Below, one piece after another: positions 11,207 through 20,714 of a stretch of 64,000 nt of DNA. Position 1 is the stretch's first letter, and each line of letters opens with the position of its first letter. The position numbers and the translations under genes were made by a program. A model generated the notes under the pieces. That model was given only the letters and a program-made list of their open reading frames with translations, did no database searches and was not told the DNA's origin. The stretch lies in NCBI GenBank assembly GCA_963821525.1, contig CAWGED010000019.1, positions 384,001 through 448,000 of the forward strand, given 5' to 3'. This stretch comes from an uncultured Gemmatimonadales bacterium (GTDB lineage: Bacteria; Gemmatimonadota; Gemmatimonadetes; Gemmatimonadales; GWC2-71-9).

Positions 11207-12814
11207 TCAGGATCCTTTCCCCACGACCTCGACCACTGCGCGCCCATCCAAAGGCTCAAAGGGTTTAACCCGAAGCAGCGCCGCCAGAGTCGGGGCTATG
11301 TCTACTGTCTCGATCGAGCGGGTGAAGAGTCCCGACCGAACTCCCGGACCCATGAATACGATGGGCACGCTGAGGTCGTCGGGATTGGTCGTCCCATGCG
11401 TCGTCGAGGTTGCGTCGTCCGACCAAATGTAACCTGGACTCAATGAGGCGCAGAGCAGCCAGGGCAGATCATCGGGAAGGCTGCGCCGCCAGAGCGTTGC
11501 GTCTGACTCCGGGGAACCGGGAAGCGTCCGCGCGGTGTAAACCCGGGCGACTCCAGGAACCGCCTTCAAAGACTCGGCGAGCGCCACGGCCACGCTATCG
11601 ACATCCAGTCCGCGAGTCCGCAATTGATCCAGGTCCGCGGTGAGCAACCCGCTGTCGAAATAGAGCCCGGGCGATTTCACCCCAAGGGCCTTAAGGGTGG
11701 AATCGGTGCGTTGCTGAAAGGCGGTGGGCGAGACTCGGCCTGCGGGGCGACCGTTCAACCGCGCGTCTTCGGGATACGAGGTAACACCATGATCCCCGGT
11801 CATGATGACGAGGGGAGCCTGACCTTTGAGCAGCGTGGTCAAGGAATCGAGAAACCATCCGAGGGTTCGATCCAGCCGGAGGAGCTGATCGTGCAGCTCA
11901 CGCGAGTCGGGACCGAATTCGTGGCCTACGTAATCGGTAGTCGAGAGCGAAATCGCCAGCACATCGATGCCTCGGCGGCGTCCCAGCTGCAGGCTCCGAG
12001 TGCCTTCCAGCGCGACATCGAGCGTGAGCGAATCCATCCACGGAAAGCTGAGGGCCTGACGCATGGCCTTATCGGGATCGTCCGGGACCCGGTGAGGGAA
12101 GGTGACGTCGCGGCCGCCCTGCTCGAACGGTAGTGAATCCGGCTCGGCGTACGCCGAATCGGGGAGGAGAAGCGTCCAGCTCCGTCCCGCCAGCCCCGCA
12201 ACCGCCCTGCGATCGTTCCACCCCGTGAGCCACGAGGGCAACGTGTCGGCGTAATACTGGCTGGTGACAAATCGGCCGGAGGCATACCAGAACACCGGAC
12301 CTCGGCTGGACCCGATCGGAAGAATCGCGCCCCGGTCCTTGCCTGAGATGGAGAGAAAGCGAGAGTCGGAATCTTTCGCGCGCAGCCAATCCACCAGGGT
12401 GCTGCCCCGGAAGCGACGGGGGGACGCCCCGTTTCCGGTGTTCACTCCAACCAGCGGAAAGTCACGGTCGGGGACTCCGAAGTAGTTGCTCGGGATCCCC
12501 GTGTGGGCCGGGTTCCGCCCGGATAGCAGCGTCGCGTGCCCCGGAGCAGTCTCGGTAATGGCGTGGGCTTGCCTGGCGTTTGGGAAAACGGCACCGCGGC
12601 TCAGCATCCGGGCGAAAGCACCGCGCCACTGGCCGCGATAGCGCTCCAAGTAGTCCCCTCGGAGCTGATCCACGGTCACAAGGATGACCAGGTGCGGAGG
12701 TGCCGCGTGCAACTGCGGTGGCACCGCCAGCAGACCTGACACGAGACCTACGATCGAGAGGCGCCGAAGAGGCTTGCCGGTGGCAAACGGGAGGGGATTC
12801 TGCGATGTGATCAC
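11207..12814 (-). CDS. Alkaline phosphatase superfamily protein (PafA / nucleotide pyrophosphatase type)
   Basis: TVDQLRGD, TETAPGHAT, KDRGAI, DYVGHEFGP, TGDHG and HGT motifs. Confidence 0.9.
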   Translation of the reverse strand: MITSQNPLPFATGKPLRRLSIVGLVSGLLAVPPQLHAAPPHLVILVTVDQLRGDYLERYRGQWRGAFARMLSRGAVFPNARQAHAITETAPGHATLLSGRNPAHTGIPSNYFGVPDRDFPLVGVNTGNGASPRRFRGSTLVDWLRAKDSDSRFLSISGKDRGAILPIGSSRGPVFWYASGRFVTSQYYADTLPSWLTGWNDRRAVAGLAGRSWTLLLPDSAYAEPDSLPFEQGGRDVTFPHRVPDDPDKAMRQALSFPWMDSLTLDVALEGTRSLQLGRRRGIDVLAISLSTTDYVGHEFGPDSRELHDQLLRLDRTLGWFLDSLTTLLKGQAPLVIMTGDHGVTSYPEDARLNGRPAGRVSPTAFQQRTDSTLKALGVKSPGLYFDSGLLTADLDQLRTRGLDVDSVAVALAESLKAVPGVARVYTARTLPGSPESDATLWRRSLPDDLPWLLCASLSPGYIWSDDATSTTHGTTNPDDLSVPIVFMGPGVRSGLFTRSIETVDIAPTLAALLRVKPFEPLDGRAVVEVVGKGS

Positions 12815-12842
12815 TGCAGTATATCCGTACAGTACGATATCA

Positions 12843-12890
12843 TAAATTATTTGTCACCAAGAAGTTACATACATTGGCACCGTTTTGGCT
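12843..12890 (+). promoter_or_regulatory. IHF-like site plus putative sigma54 promoter
   Basis: TAAATTATTTGTCACCAAGAAGTTA (12843-12867), then TGGCACCGTTTTGGCT (12875-12890, GG-N10-GC). Confidence 0.55.
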
Positions 12891-13113
12891 CTAAACAGAT
12901 CCGAAGTCAAAAAGGTGTCGTTCGCGTAAACACGAACCGCCCGATAAGAGCACACCCGGAGCGATCCGGGGCCGCAAAACTAGAGGTCTCCCGTGAAAGC
13001 CGCGAGAGATAGCTCGGTGCCGAAGGTGGATCAGTGCGGAGCGTGATGCGAATTCGAGCCGAAATCCGGCTCCCACGTGTCGCGCTTTTGTGTTCTCGGG
13101 CATGGGAGAACCC

Positions 13114-13581
13114 ATGCCGCAGTCGTCCAGGACCGCCCGCAAGGCGGAGCCCCAAGCTGGTCGCATCCAAGGAGCCCCATTGTTCTGCCTTGGCCTGCTG
13201 GTCTCGATCGCCGCGTGTGAAGCTATGGCGCCGTCTGCGCCGCTCCCGGAGAACGCCCAGTTGATGTCGGCGCCTCCGCAGTTCATGGAGTGGTGGCAGA
13301 AGACCGAGGAGTGCTCCGGTCTCCGGGGCGACGCTTCACAAATCGAGTGGTATGTGGTTCCCAACGTCTCGGTCTTCTCGACGGGCGACGGCGAAAAGGT
13401 CGGCTTGTGGACCCGCTCCAGTGAGGGAACCCGGATTATCCTGGCCGGAAACTATATGCAGAACGAGCTGGTTGTGCGGCACGAGATGCTGCACGCCCTG
13501 CTGGACCACGAAGGACATCCCCGCGAGTATTTCATCGAGCGCTGCGGCCTCACCTGGGATTCCTGGCACGGCGGCAACTAA
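13114..13581 (+). CDS. Hypothetical lipoprotein with HEXXH (possible minimal zinc metallopeptidase)
   Basis: Lipobox SIAAC; VRHEMLHALLDHEGH; GGAG before ATG 13114. Confidence 0.65.
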   Translation: MPQSSRTARKAEPQAGRIQGAPLFCLGLLVSIAACEAMAPSAPLPENAQLMSAPPQFMEWWQKTEECSGLRGDASQIEWYVVPNVSVFSTGDGEKVGLWTRSSEGTRIILAGNYMQNELVVRHEMLHALLDHEGHPREYFIERCGLTWDSWHGGN

Positions 13582-13619
13582 ATTAGCTCCGCGCTCTCAG
13601 GGCGGCTGATCACAAGAAC

Positions 13620-13654
13620 AAGAGCACAGAGATTATAACGGTCTCTGTGCTCTT
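13620..13654. terminator. Probably bidirectional intrinsic terminator
   Basis: AAGAGCACAGAGA / TCTCTGTGCTCTT 13-bp stem between convergent genes. Confidence 0.75.
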
Positions 13655-13679
13655 CGCTTTCTGAAGCACCGCCTGTTCG

Positions 13680-16387
13680 CTACGGCTGACTGATCGGTGT
13701 TGGAGTCTCTCTCTGGAAGACAGTCCCGTCGCCAAGCTGGCCGAGTGAGTTATCACCCCAGCAGTACGCCTGCCCGCCGATGGTCACTCCGCAGACATGG
13801 TCTGTGCCGGCGGCGATCGAGGCGAAGCTGATCCCGCCGGCGACCAGGGTCGGAGCCGTCGCATTGTCGGTGCTGCCGTTTCCGAGCTGGCCGGAAGCGT
13901 TGTAGCCCCAGCAGTATGCCGTGCCACCGGCGGTGAGGCCACACGTGAAGCTGTTGCCCGATTCCAGTGAGCTGAAGGTGAGGCCGCCGGAGACTGCCAG
14001 CGGCGTCAGGCTTTCAGTGGTCGTGACTGTATCCTGCCCCAACCGTCCGTTGAGGTTGGATCCCCAGCAATAGGCGGCTCCGCCGGTGACCAGTCCGCAG
14101 GTGTGAACCTGGCCGGGGGCCACCAGAGTGAAGAGCAATCCACCGACGACTTTCGAGGGCTGATTGGTATTCGCTTTCGGGGCGTCGTTCCCCAGCTGGC
14201 CGAAGCCGTCAGCACCCCAGCAGAACGCTGCGCCGCTGGTCCGCACGCCGCAACTGTAGAAGGCCGCGGCAGCGATCTGGGTCCAGGTCCCCGAAACCAG
14301 GACCGCACTCGGTGTAGTGACGGGAGCGAGTGGTGCGCCGTTACCTAACTGTCCTGAGCCGTCGGCACCCCAGCAGAAGCCCGTGCCGGTGCTGTTGATG
14401 GCGCAGGTCTGGCGGCCGCCGCTTCCAGTACCGGTCGAGATGGCCTGGAACACCATTCCACCCGAGACGGGATGGGGCACCGAGTCAAGCGCGGTGGTGC
14501 CGTTGCCCAGGGCACCATTTGTGTTGCCACCCCAGCAATACGCGACGCCGGCATTGGTCAAGGCGCAGCTATAGAGCCGTCCGGCCGCGATCCGCGAGAA
14601 GGTCTGCCCGCCAGCGACGGCGGTCGGAGTCGGGCGGTTGGTGAGGCTGTTGTCGCCCAGGGCGCCTTGACTGTTATCACCCCAGCAGAAGCCCACCCCA
14701 TCCACCGTCACGGCGCAGGAGTGCCCGCTGCCGCCTGCGATCCTCGCGACCTGGAAGGTTCCTGTCGCATCGAAGTTCACCGTCGCGGCAACCAGCGCGG
14801 CGCTTACGCTCACGGTGTTGCCGCCGACCGAGGTGCCCAGAGTCCATCCGGCCAGAGTCGCGATGCCGGTCGCATCGGTGGTGACCGGATTGGCCGGACT
14901 CACGGTCCCCGCACCCGCCGTGACATTGAAAGTCACCGCAGCACCCGAAACCGGATTGCCGCTCACGTCAGTAACCTGCACCGAGGGCGGAGTGGCCACG
15001 TTGGCGCCAACTCCGGCGTTCTGATTGAGCGGCGAGAGCGCCAGGATGTTGGCCGCAGGTCCCGCAGTCAAAGTGATCGCCGACGACGTGACGGAGGTGA
15101 GGCCGGTCGAGGCAAAGTCCAGTGCGTAAGCGCCGACGGTGCCAGTCAGGGATAAGTCGGTGAAAGTCGCGACGCCGGTGGCGTCGGTGTTGATGCTCAC
15201 GGTGCCGCCGAGTCCCGCGCTTGTGGGCGAGCGGGAGACGGTCACCGGAGCCCGGCCTGGATCACGTCGTTGCCGAACTCGTCCTGCAGCCGAATCACCG
15301 GCTGTTGCGCCAGAACCGAACCATTCTGGACCGTGGTCGAGGGCGCGGTGCTGATCGCCAGCTTGGCAGGCGGCCCCGCCTGCGCGGCGGCATCGAAAGC
15401 CACCGGTGCCAGTGATCCGACTGATGCGTCGAGGGTGTTAGACCCAGCGACGGTGCCCAAGGTCCAGCTCGTGACCTGTGCAATGCCGCCCAAGCCGGTC
15501 GGACTGCTCCCGCCAGTGACGCTTCCACCGCCCGCGGTCACAGTGAAGGTGACGGTGACCCCAACCACGGGATTTCCGCTCGCATCGGTCACTTGTACGG
15601 TCGGACGGTTGGAGACCGGCTGTCCGACGGTGCCGCCCAGAATTGTCGAGGTGGTCGCCACGATGGTTGCTGGCGTTCCTACCAGTACATCGATTGCCCC
15701 GGAGCCGACCGAAGTAAGTCCTGGGCTGGTAAACGTCAGGGTGCGAGGCCCGACCGTTCCGATGATCTCGAGGTTGGTGAAGACGGCGGCACCCGTCGCA
15801 TCGGTGTTCTCGGTCAGGGTCCCGTTGAGCGTGCCACCCCCGGAGGTGATGGAAACGGTGACGGGGACGCCGGCTTGAGCCCGATCATTCCCATAGGCGT
15901 CATGCAACTGCACGACCGGCTGCTGGGCAAACACACCGCCACTCGGGACGGCGGGGGAGGGTGGCGTGGTCAGGACGAGCGCGGTCGCGGTACCCGCCGT
16001 TCCGGTCGCGTTGATGGTGACCGGAGTGAGTCCGGTGACCGAGCCCTGCAAAGTGTTGGAGCCAGCGGCCGTGCCAAGCGTCCAGGAGCCGACTGCGGCA
16101 ACACCGTTGGCGTCGGTTGTAGCGGTGCCGCCGGTGATCGTGCCACCGCCGGTTTGAACCGTGAAAGTGACGTCTACCCCCGACATCGGGTCGCCGTTCT
16201 GATCCCGCACCAGCACGGCCGGTGCAATCGGAACCGCGGTAGCAACCGCTGCCGTCTGGTTGCTGCCGACGCTGATGCCGATGCTGGTTGGGACCTTGGG
16301 AGCCGGCCCGGTGCTATCGCTGCCGCTGCAGGCGACCAGGTAGGCCAGCGCACTGACGAGTACAACCCGGCGAGGGAGGCGCATCAC
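13680..16387 (-). CDS. Lipoprotein with five Ig-like modules and a C-terminal RCC1/BLIP-II beta-propeller; apparent frameshift at ~15245
   Basis: Lipobox YLVAC; ORFs 15242-16387 and 13680-15245 join within one Ig repeat; seven C..G.A[YF]CWG.N..G.LG repeats. Confidence 0.9.
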
Positions 16388-16454
16388 GAATCAGCTTTCA
16401 GGATCGGGGTTGCGCTGCTGGTTCCCTCAGCGGCACAGGAGGACGGGCGCTAGA

Positions 16455-16544
16455 GGCGAGAACCGTGCCCGTGGTCGGATTCGCGGGCACTGTTTAATCC
16501 TAATGCGTGGTATGTATGTAAGCTATTGAATTACTTGAAGTTAC
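16455..16544 (-). promoter_or_regulatory. Putative sigma54 promoter (16455-16470) with upstream IHF-like site (16519-16543)
   Basis: Minus strand GGGCACGGTTCTCGCC; plus strand TAAGCTATTGAATTACTTGAAGTTA. Confidence 0.5.
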
Positions 16545-16644
16545 TGGGACTGGCTAAGTGATGAAATATGATACAGAGGCGAGGGTGAGCTCTATTCGAC
16601 TCGCGTTGCGCAAGCAAAGCCTCGGAGCTGCAAAGGCTTGCCGG

Positions 16645-17772
16645 TCAGTTCGGACCGCTCCCCGCCGTGGCCCCGGTGGGGGCGGGCAGGTACAGATCGA
16701 AGACCTTCATGACGACGTCTCGCGGCTTGATGTCGGTCCGGTTTTGCAGGAAGTAGATCGAGAAGTGTTGGCTCCGGCAGCGGAGAATGTAGGAGAGGTA
16801 GCCCTCCCAGCTCCCCGAGTGCCCTTCGTAGTGATAGCCATTCCGGTCGGCGATCCCCCAGGCGAACCCGTAGTCCACCGACTTGCCATCCACCAGGCGC
16901 CCCGGTTCGAACGCGTCCGCGAGAGTGGTCTGCCGCACGAGTTGATCGGTATACAGGGCGGCGTCATAGCGCGCGAGATCCTCCACCGAGCAATAGACCG
17001 AGCCGGAGCCCACCAGGTTGTCGAGCGGGTCCTGGTCGTTGGCGGTGAATTTTTTTCCCGACTTGTCGTAGCCTCGCGCGCGCTGGGGTTCGGCAAAGCG
17101 GGTGGCGTTGGGCATCGAAAAACAGCCGGTCATTCCGGTAGGACCAAACACCCGCTGTCGGAGAAAGCCATCGAGCGATTGTCCGGAGACATGCTCGACC
17201 AAGGTACCGAGCAGGTCGTAGCCGGCGTTGCTGTAGACGAACTCCCTGCCCGCCGGTTTCGGCGTTCCCCAGCGGTGGAGCAACGCCAGGGCGTCGTCGT
17301 TGGTTGGCATCGGACTCGAGGCGAGCAGCAGTTTGTAGCCCGTCGAATCGTCGTAGTAGTCGGGAATGCCGGAGGTATGGTGGAGCACCTGCCGGATGGT
17401 GAGCGAATCGCCGAATCGGGCGACCTCAGGCAGGTGCTTGCCGACTGGATCGTCGTAGTCGAGCCGGCCGTCCTGATGCAGCATCATCAGGGACAGCGCC
17501 GTGAACTGTTTGCCCGTCGATGCCATATGGTATCGAGTGCCGGGGAGATTCGGCTTCCTGGAGTCGAGATCCGCGAGCCCGTATCCCGCGATATGAACCA
17601 CCTTGCCGTCCCGGATCACGACGATGGAGCCGCCCGGCTCGTTGGACTTGATGGCGGCCTGCACGATGGCATCCACCCGAGGGTCGCGCGGTGCGTTAGA
17701 TTGGGCGGCCAGAGCGGGCGCCACAACGAAGAGCAGAGCACCGAGTGCCACCAGGCGGCGCAGGACCGTCAT
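16645..17772 (-). CDS. Serine hydrolase, beta-lactamase class C / peptidase S12 family
   Basis: SxxK (STGK), LHHTSG, YSN and GHSG motifs; signal peptide. Confidence 0.9.
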   Translation of the reverse strand: MTVLRRLVALGALLFVVAPALAAQSNAPRDPRVDAIVQAAIKSNEPGGSIVVIRDGKVVHIAGYGLADLDSRKPNLPGTRYHMASTGKQFTALSLMMLHQDGRLDYDDPVGKHLPEVARFGDSLTIRQVLHHTSGIPDYYDDSTGYKLLLASSPMPTNDDALALLHRWGTPKPAGREFVYSNAGYDLLGTLVEHVSGQSLDGFLRQRVFGPTGMTGCFSMPNATRFAEPQRARGYDKSGKKFTANDQDPLDNLVGSGSVYCSVEDLARYDAALYTDQLVRQTTLADAFEPGRLVDGKSVDYGFAWGIADRNGYHYEGHSGSWEGYLSYILRCRSQHFSIYFLQNRTDIKPRDVVMKVFDLYLPAPTGATAGSGPN

Positions 17773-17882
17773 GCCTGACTCCGATTAGTAAGGATCGCTG
17801 AAAGTATCGGACCCAGAAGCCAAACGAAACCGGTCCGTTGCACGTGCCGTATCCGTTCTGACTCCTTCATTCATAGTTCTAT

Positions 17883-18392
17883 ATGAGACGTTTCTGGCTC
17901 GGCCTGGTCCTTGGTGCGCTCCTGCTCCCGCTCGGTACTCTCGGGGCGGCGGCACTCGGCCTCATGGGGACGGACACGGCGCCCAATCCGCCGCTCTGGG
18001 AAGCCAAGCTTGCCCGACTCGCGTTCACCCGGTCGGTTGCGCGACACGCCGATTCGATTCCAAATCCCGTCTCTCCCAGCGAAGACCAGCTGCGCATCGG
18101 ACTCCGGATCTATTCCGGCAACTGCGGCGGATGCCATGGATTCCCCAATCATCCGAGCAGTTTCGGCCTCTCCTTCTATCCGCGGGCAAAACAATTCGCC
18201 GAGACGCCACCCACGCGTCCCGATTGGCAGAACTACTGGATCATGACTCACGGGATCCGGCGGACGGCGATGGCGGCCTGGGTAAACGAGCTCCCGGAGG
18301 AGAAGCGGTGGCAGGTGGCGACCTTTGTGAGCGAGCTGGGGCATTTGCCGCCGGCGGTGGACAGCGTGTGGAGGCGGGCTGGAGGAGATTGA
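17883..18392 (+). CDS. Monoheme cytochrome c, membrane anchored
   Basis: CGGCH heme motif; GIRRTAM axial Met region. Confidence 0.85.
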   Translation: MRRFWLGLVLGALLLPLGTLGAAALGLMGTDTAPNPPLWEAKLARLAFTRSVARHADSIPNPVSPSEDQLRIGLRIYSGNCGGCHGFPNHPSSFGLSFYPRAKQFAETPPTRPDWQNYWIMTHGIRRTAMAAWVNELPEEKRWQVATFVSELGHLPPAVDSVWRRAGGD

Positions 18393-18446
18393 AAATTGGT
18401 AATTGGTAATTGAAAATTGAGAGCCGAGGACATTCCGGAAACGAAG

Positions 18447-18466
18447 ACGGCTCCGTGAGGAGCCGT
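18447..18466 (-). terminator. Terminator of the tRNA cluster
   Basis: ACGGCTCC/GGAGCCGT stem followed by CTTCGTTT on the minus strand. Confidence 0.6.
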
Positions 18467-18475
18467 TGACGTTGA

Positions 18476-18548
18476 TGCGCCGCGTAGGAATCGAACCTAC
18501 AACCTAGTGATTAAGAGTCACTTGCTCTGCCAATTGAGCTAGCGGCGC
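18476..18548 (-). tRNA. tRNA-Lys(CTT)
   Basis: GCGCCGCTAGCTCAATTGG...CT-CTT-AA...GGTTCGATTCC; cloverleaf. Confidence 0.95.
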
Positions 18549-18552
18549 TCTA

Positions 18553-18624
18553 TAGCCCCAACGGGAATCGAACCCGTCTTTCGACCTTGAAAGGGTCGCG
18601 TCCTGACCGATAGACGATGGGGCC
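18553..18624 (-). tRNA. tRNA-Glu(TTC)
   Basis: GGCCCCATCGTCTA...CGACC CT-TTC-AA GGTCG...GGTTCGATTCCC. Confidence 0.95.
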
Positions 18625-18655
18625 ATGGCCAGAGACGAGTACCGAGTTGAAAGGA

Positions 18656-18728
18656 TAGCGCTAACGGGATTCGAACCCGTGTTTGGGCCTTGAGAGGGCC
18701 CCGTCCTAGTCCCCTAGACGATAGCGCC
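18656..18728 (-). tRNA. tRNA-Glu(CTC)
   Basis: GGCGCTATCGTCTAG...GGGCC CT-CTC-AA GGCCC...GGTTCGAATCCC. Confidence 0.95.
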
Positions 18729-18737
18729 AATACCTAC

Positions 18738-18845
18738 AGTACCGGGTACCTAGTACCGAGTACCGAGTACAACGCTTTCCCTAGCCACCTTCTCACCTTT
18801 TATCAGCATCTCGTACTCGGTACCCGGTACTAGGTACTCGGTACT
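18738..18845. repeat. 33-bp inverted repeat built from 7-nt AGTACCG units
   Basis: Arms 18738-18770 and 18813-18845 are reverse complements with 2 mismatches. Confidence 0.9.
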
Positions 18846-18856
18846 AGATGAAAAAG

Positions 18857-18929
18857 CAGGCCCGGCAGGAATCGAACCTGCAACCCCCGGTTTTGGAGAC
18901 CGGTGCTCTACCAATTGAGCTACGGACCT
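18857..18929 (-). tRNA. tRNA-Trp(CCA)
   Basis: AGGTCCGTAGCTCAATTGG...CCGGT CT-CCA-AA ACCGG. Confidence 0.95.
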
Positions 18930-18930
18930 A

Positions 18931-19043
18931 AGCGGTCAGGCGGGATGGCGGTCAGGCGGAAAGAGAAGCCTGGGTTCGATCCAACACGATCGCATTCGAT
19001 CCGCTTTTTCCTACCGCCCTCCCGCCTTTCCGCCTTCCCACCC
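18931..19043. repeat. Imperfect inverted repeat of 8-nt GGCGGnnn units
   Basis: GCGGTCAGGCGGGATGGCGGTCAGGCGGAAAG ... ACCGCCCTCCCGCCTTTCCGCC. Confidence 0.6.
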
Positions 19044-19046
19044 TAG

Positions 19047-19121
19047 GGTGGCTGACGGGACTTGAACCCGCAACCTCCGGAGCCACAGTCCGGCGCTCTA
19101 ACCACTTGAGCTACAACCACC
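19047..19121 (-). tRNA. tRNA-His(GTG)
   Basis: G-1 and C73 present; CCGGA CT-GTG-GC TCCGG. Confidence 0.95.
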
Positions 19122-19153
19122 ACGGCCCTCGGCCGACGGTCCCGAGCCGGGGG

Positions 19154-19182
19154 AAACTATCGGACGGCCTAGGGTCGGTCAA
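19154..19182 (-). promoter_or_regulatory. sigma70-like promoter of the tRNA cluster
   Basis: TTGACC-N17-TAGTTT followed by a GC-rich discriminator. Confidence 0.6.
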
Positions 19183-19196
19183 GCTTACGCCAGCCC

Positions 19197-19844
19197 TCAG
19201 GATAGGGTGTCCCAGAACCTCCGTTGGAGGAGTGCCGTCCCGGGATGGGAAGGAACCGGTTTGCCGTCCAATCGGGCCACCGGAACGATGCCCCGAGCCG
19301 CATTCGCCAGGATGATCGGGATCCCGTTCAAGGCATCCCGCGGCACGACTCGCTCCGTAACCGGGCCAATTTCGGCGATCCGTGACCGCGAGACGCTGGG
19401 CAGGATCCCCAGCCGCAGGGAAGGTGCGACCAAGGTCGGCCCATCCCACCAGAAGACCGTCCAGATCGTACACTCGGCGACCATTCCCTCCGGCGTGAGC
19501 ATCAGCGCATCGTCCGCCCCGGCACTCTCCGCTTCCGCCGACGCCTCGGCGAACTGGGTTCGATCAGCGGTCTTGTGAGGATAGGGTTGGTGCGCTTGCC
19601 GAGCTGTTATCAGCCGGACCGGCTCGACCGAGCCGACCTCACGCTCGGTGACCTGCTTCCCCTTCATACCTACTACGATCCGTTGTACCCGATCGGTTCC
19701 TCCCGAGGGAACTTCGAACTCGAGAGGAAACGGAATCCCCAGAGTCCTGCAGCTCGCAACCAGCCGGCGGAGATGCAGGTGCCAGAGCGGCGCGCGACCA
19801 TCTCGAACTCGCACGGTCTCGATCAGCGAGGGAGTCTTGAGCAT
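19197..19844 (-). CDS. Class IV PLP enzyme (aminodeoxychorismate lyase / BCAT-like)
   Basis: ETVRV, HLRRL, HKT, ILPSVSR and NAARG motifs. Confidence 0.8.
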   Translation of the reverse strand: MLKTPSLIETVRVRDGRAPLWHLHLRRLVASCRTLGIPFPLEFEVPSGGTDRVQRIVVGMKGKQVTEREVGSVEPVRLITARQAHQPYPHKTADRTQFAEASAEAESAGADDALMLTPEGMVAECTIWTVFWWDGPTLVAPSLRLGILPSVSRSRIAEIGPVTERVVPRDALNGIPIILANAARGIVPVARLDGKPVPSHPGTALLQRRFWDTLS

Positions 19845-19853
19845 TGGGCTAAT

Positions 19854-20714
19854 CTAGCGGGAGTCCCACCATGCTTTGACCCCGGTCGCACCCATGATCA
19901 GGGCGCCGCCCAAGAGCGCTCCCGGTCCCGGCGCCTCGCCATGAACCAGCCAGGCCCAGAGGGGATTCAGCGCGGGTTCGAGGAAGAGCAATAGTGAAAC
20001 TTCAAGAGCGGGAAGCTGCTGGATCCCTCGGGTGAGCCAGAGGTATGCGAGGCCGATCTGGAACACGCCGAGGTAGAGGATGATGCTCCAGTCGGTCACG
20101 CTGTGGTGGCCCAGCGGAAGGATTGCGGGCAGGGCAATGAGAAAGGCAAAGAGATTGCCCAATCCGACCGCGGACGCAGGTGACCCGCCACGCTTTCCGA
20201 TCCACCGCATGCCGATCAGCATGAGGGCGTAGGTGATGCCGCTCAGCGTCGCCAGGATATTCCCGCGCACCGGATCGGGGGCGGTAACGAACGTCTCCTG
20301 GCGACCCACGAAGAAGAACGCCATGCCGATCCCGATCACCAGCATGAAGCCCAGGTCTCGCCGCCTGATGGGCTCGTTGAGCAGCAGCGGACTCAGGACG
20401 AGGATGTAGACCGGTGCGGTATCCTGAAGGAAAATCGTGCTGGCCGCGGTCGTGAGCTTGTTGGCGAGGACGAACAGGACCAGCGTGGCGGCGTAGGCGA
20501 GTGAGACCAGCACCGTGCGGCCCAGCTCGGCGCCCCTCCCCAGCCGCCTCGCCTCGGGTACCAGCAGGCAAACGGCGATGGTCGCCAACCCCGAGCGGAG
20601 ACCGGCCACCTGCCAGCTGGTGAACTGGGCGGACTTGATGGCCGCACCGCCGGTCGAGAACAGCAGGGCCGCTCCCAGAACGTAAAGCCGGGCACGGGCC
20701 AGCGAGGTGTTCAC
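19854..20714 (-). CDS. EamA/DMT family transporter
   Basis: About 10 TM helices in two EamA repeats; LEPALNP. Confidence 0.9.
   Translation of the reverse strand: MNTSLARARLYVLGAALLFSTGGAAIKSAQFTSWQVAGLRSGLATIAVCLLVPEARRLGRGAELGRTVLVSLAYAATLVLFVLANKLTTAASTIFLQDTAPVYILVLSPLLLNEPIRRRDLGFMLVIGIGMAFFFVGRQETFVTAPDPVRGNILATLSGITYALMLIGMRWIGKRGGSPASAVGLGNLFAFLIALPAILPLGHHSVTDWSIILYLGVFQIGLAYLWLTRGIQQLPALEVSLLLFLEPALNPLWAWLVHGEAPGPGALLGGALIMGATGVKAWWDSR

Noticed and set aside
16645..17772. Calling it a resistance beta-lactamase
   Set aside because: Motifs fit the broad S12 serine hydrolase family; specificity cannot be read from sequence
18539..18730. 63-aa minus-strand ORF
   Set aside because: Overlaps two tRNA-Glu genes; spurious
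18730..18850. Possible CRISPR array in the repeats
   Set aside because: Units are 7 nt, tandem and inverted, with no unique spacers and no cas genes
18393..19121. tRNA cluster as an island or prophage integration site
   Set aside because: No integrase, and I found no duplicated tRNA 3' end in the window
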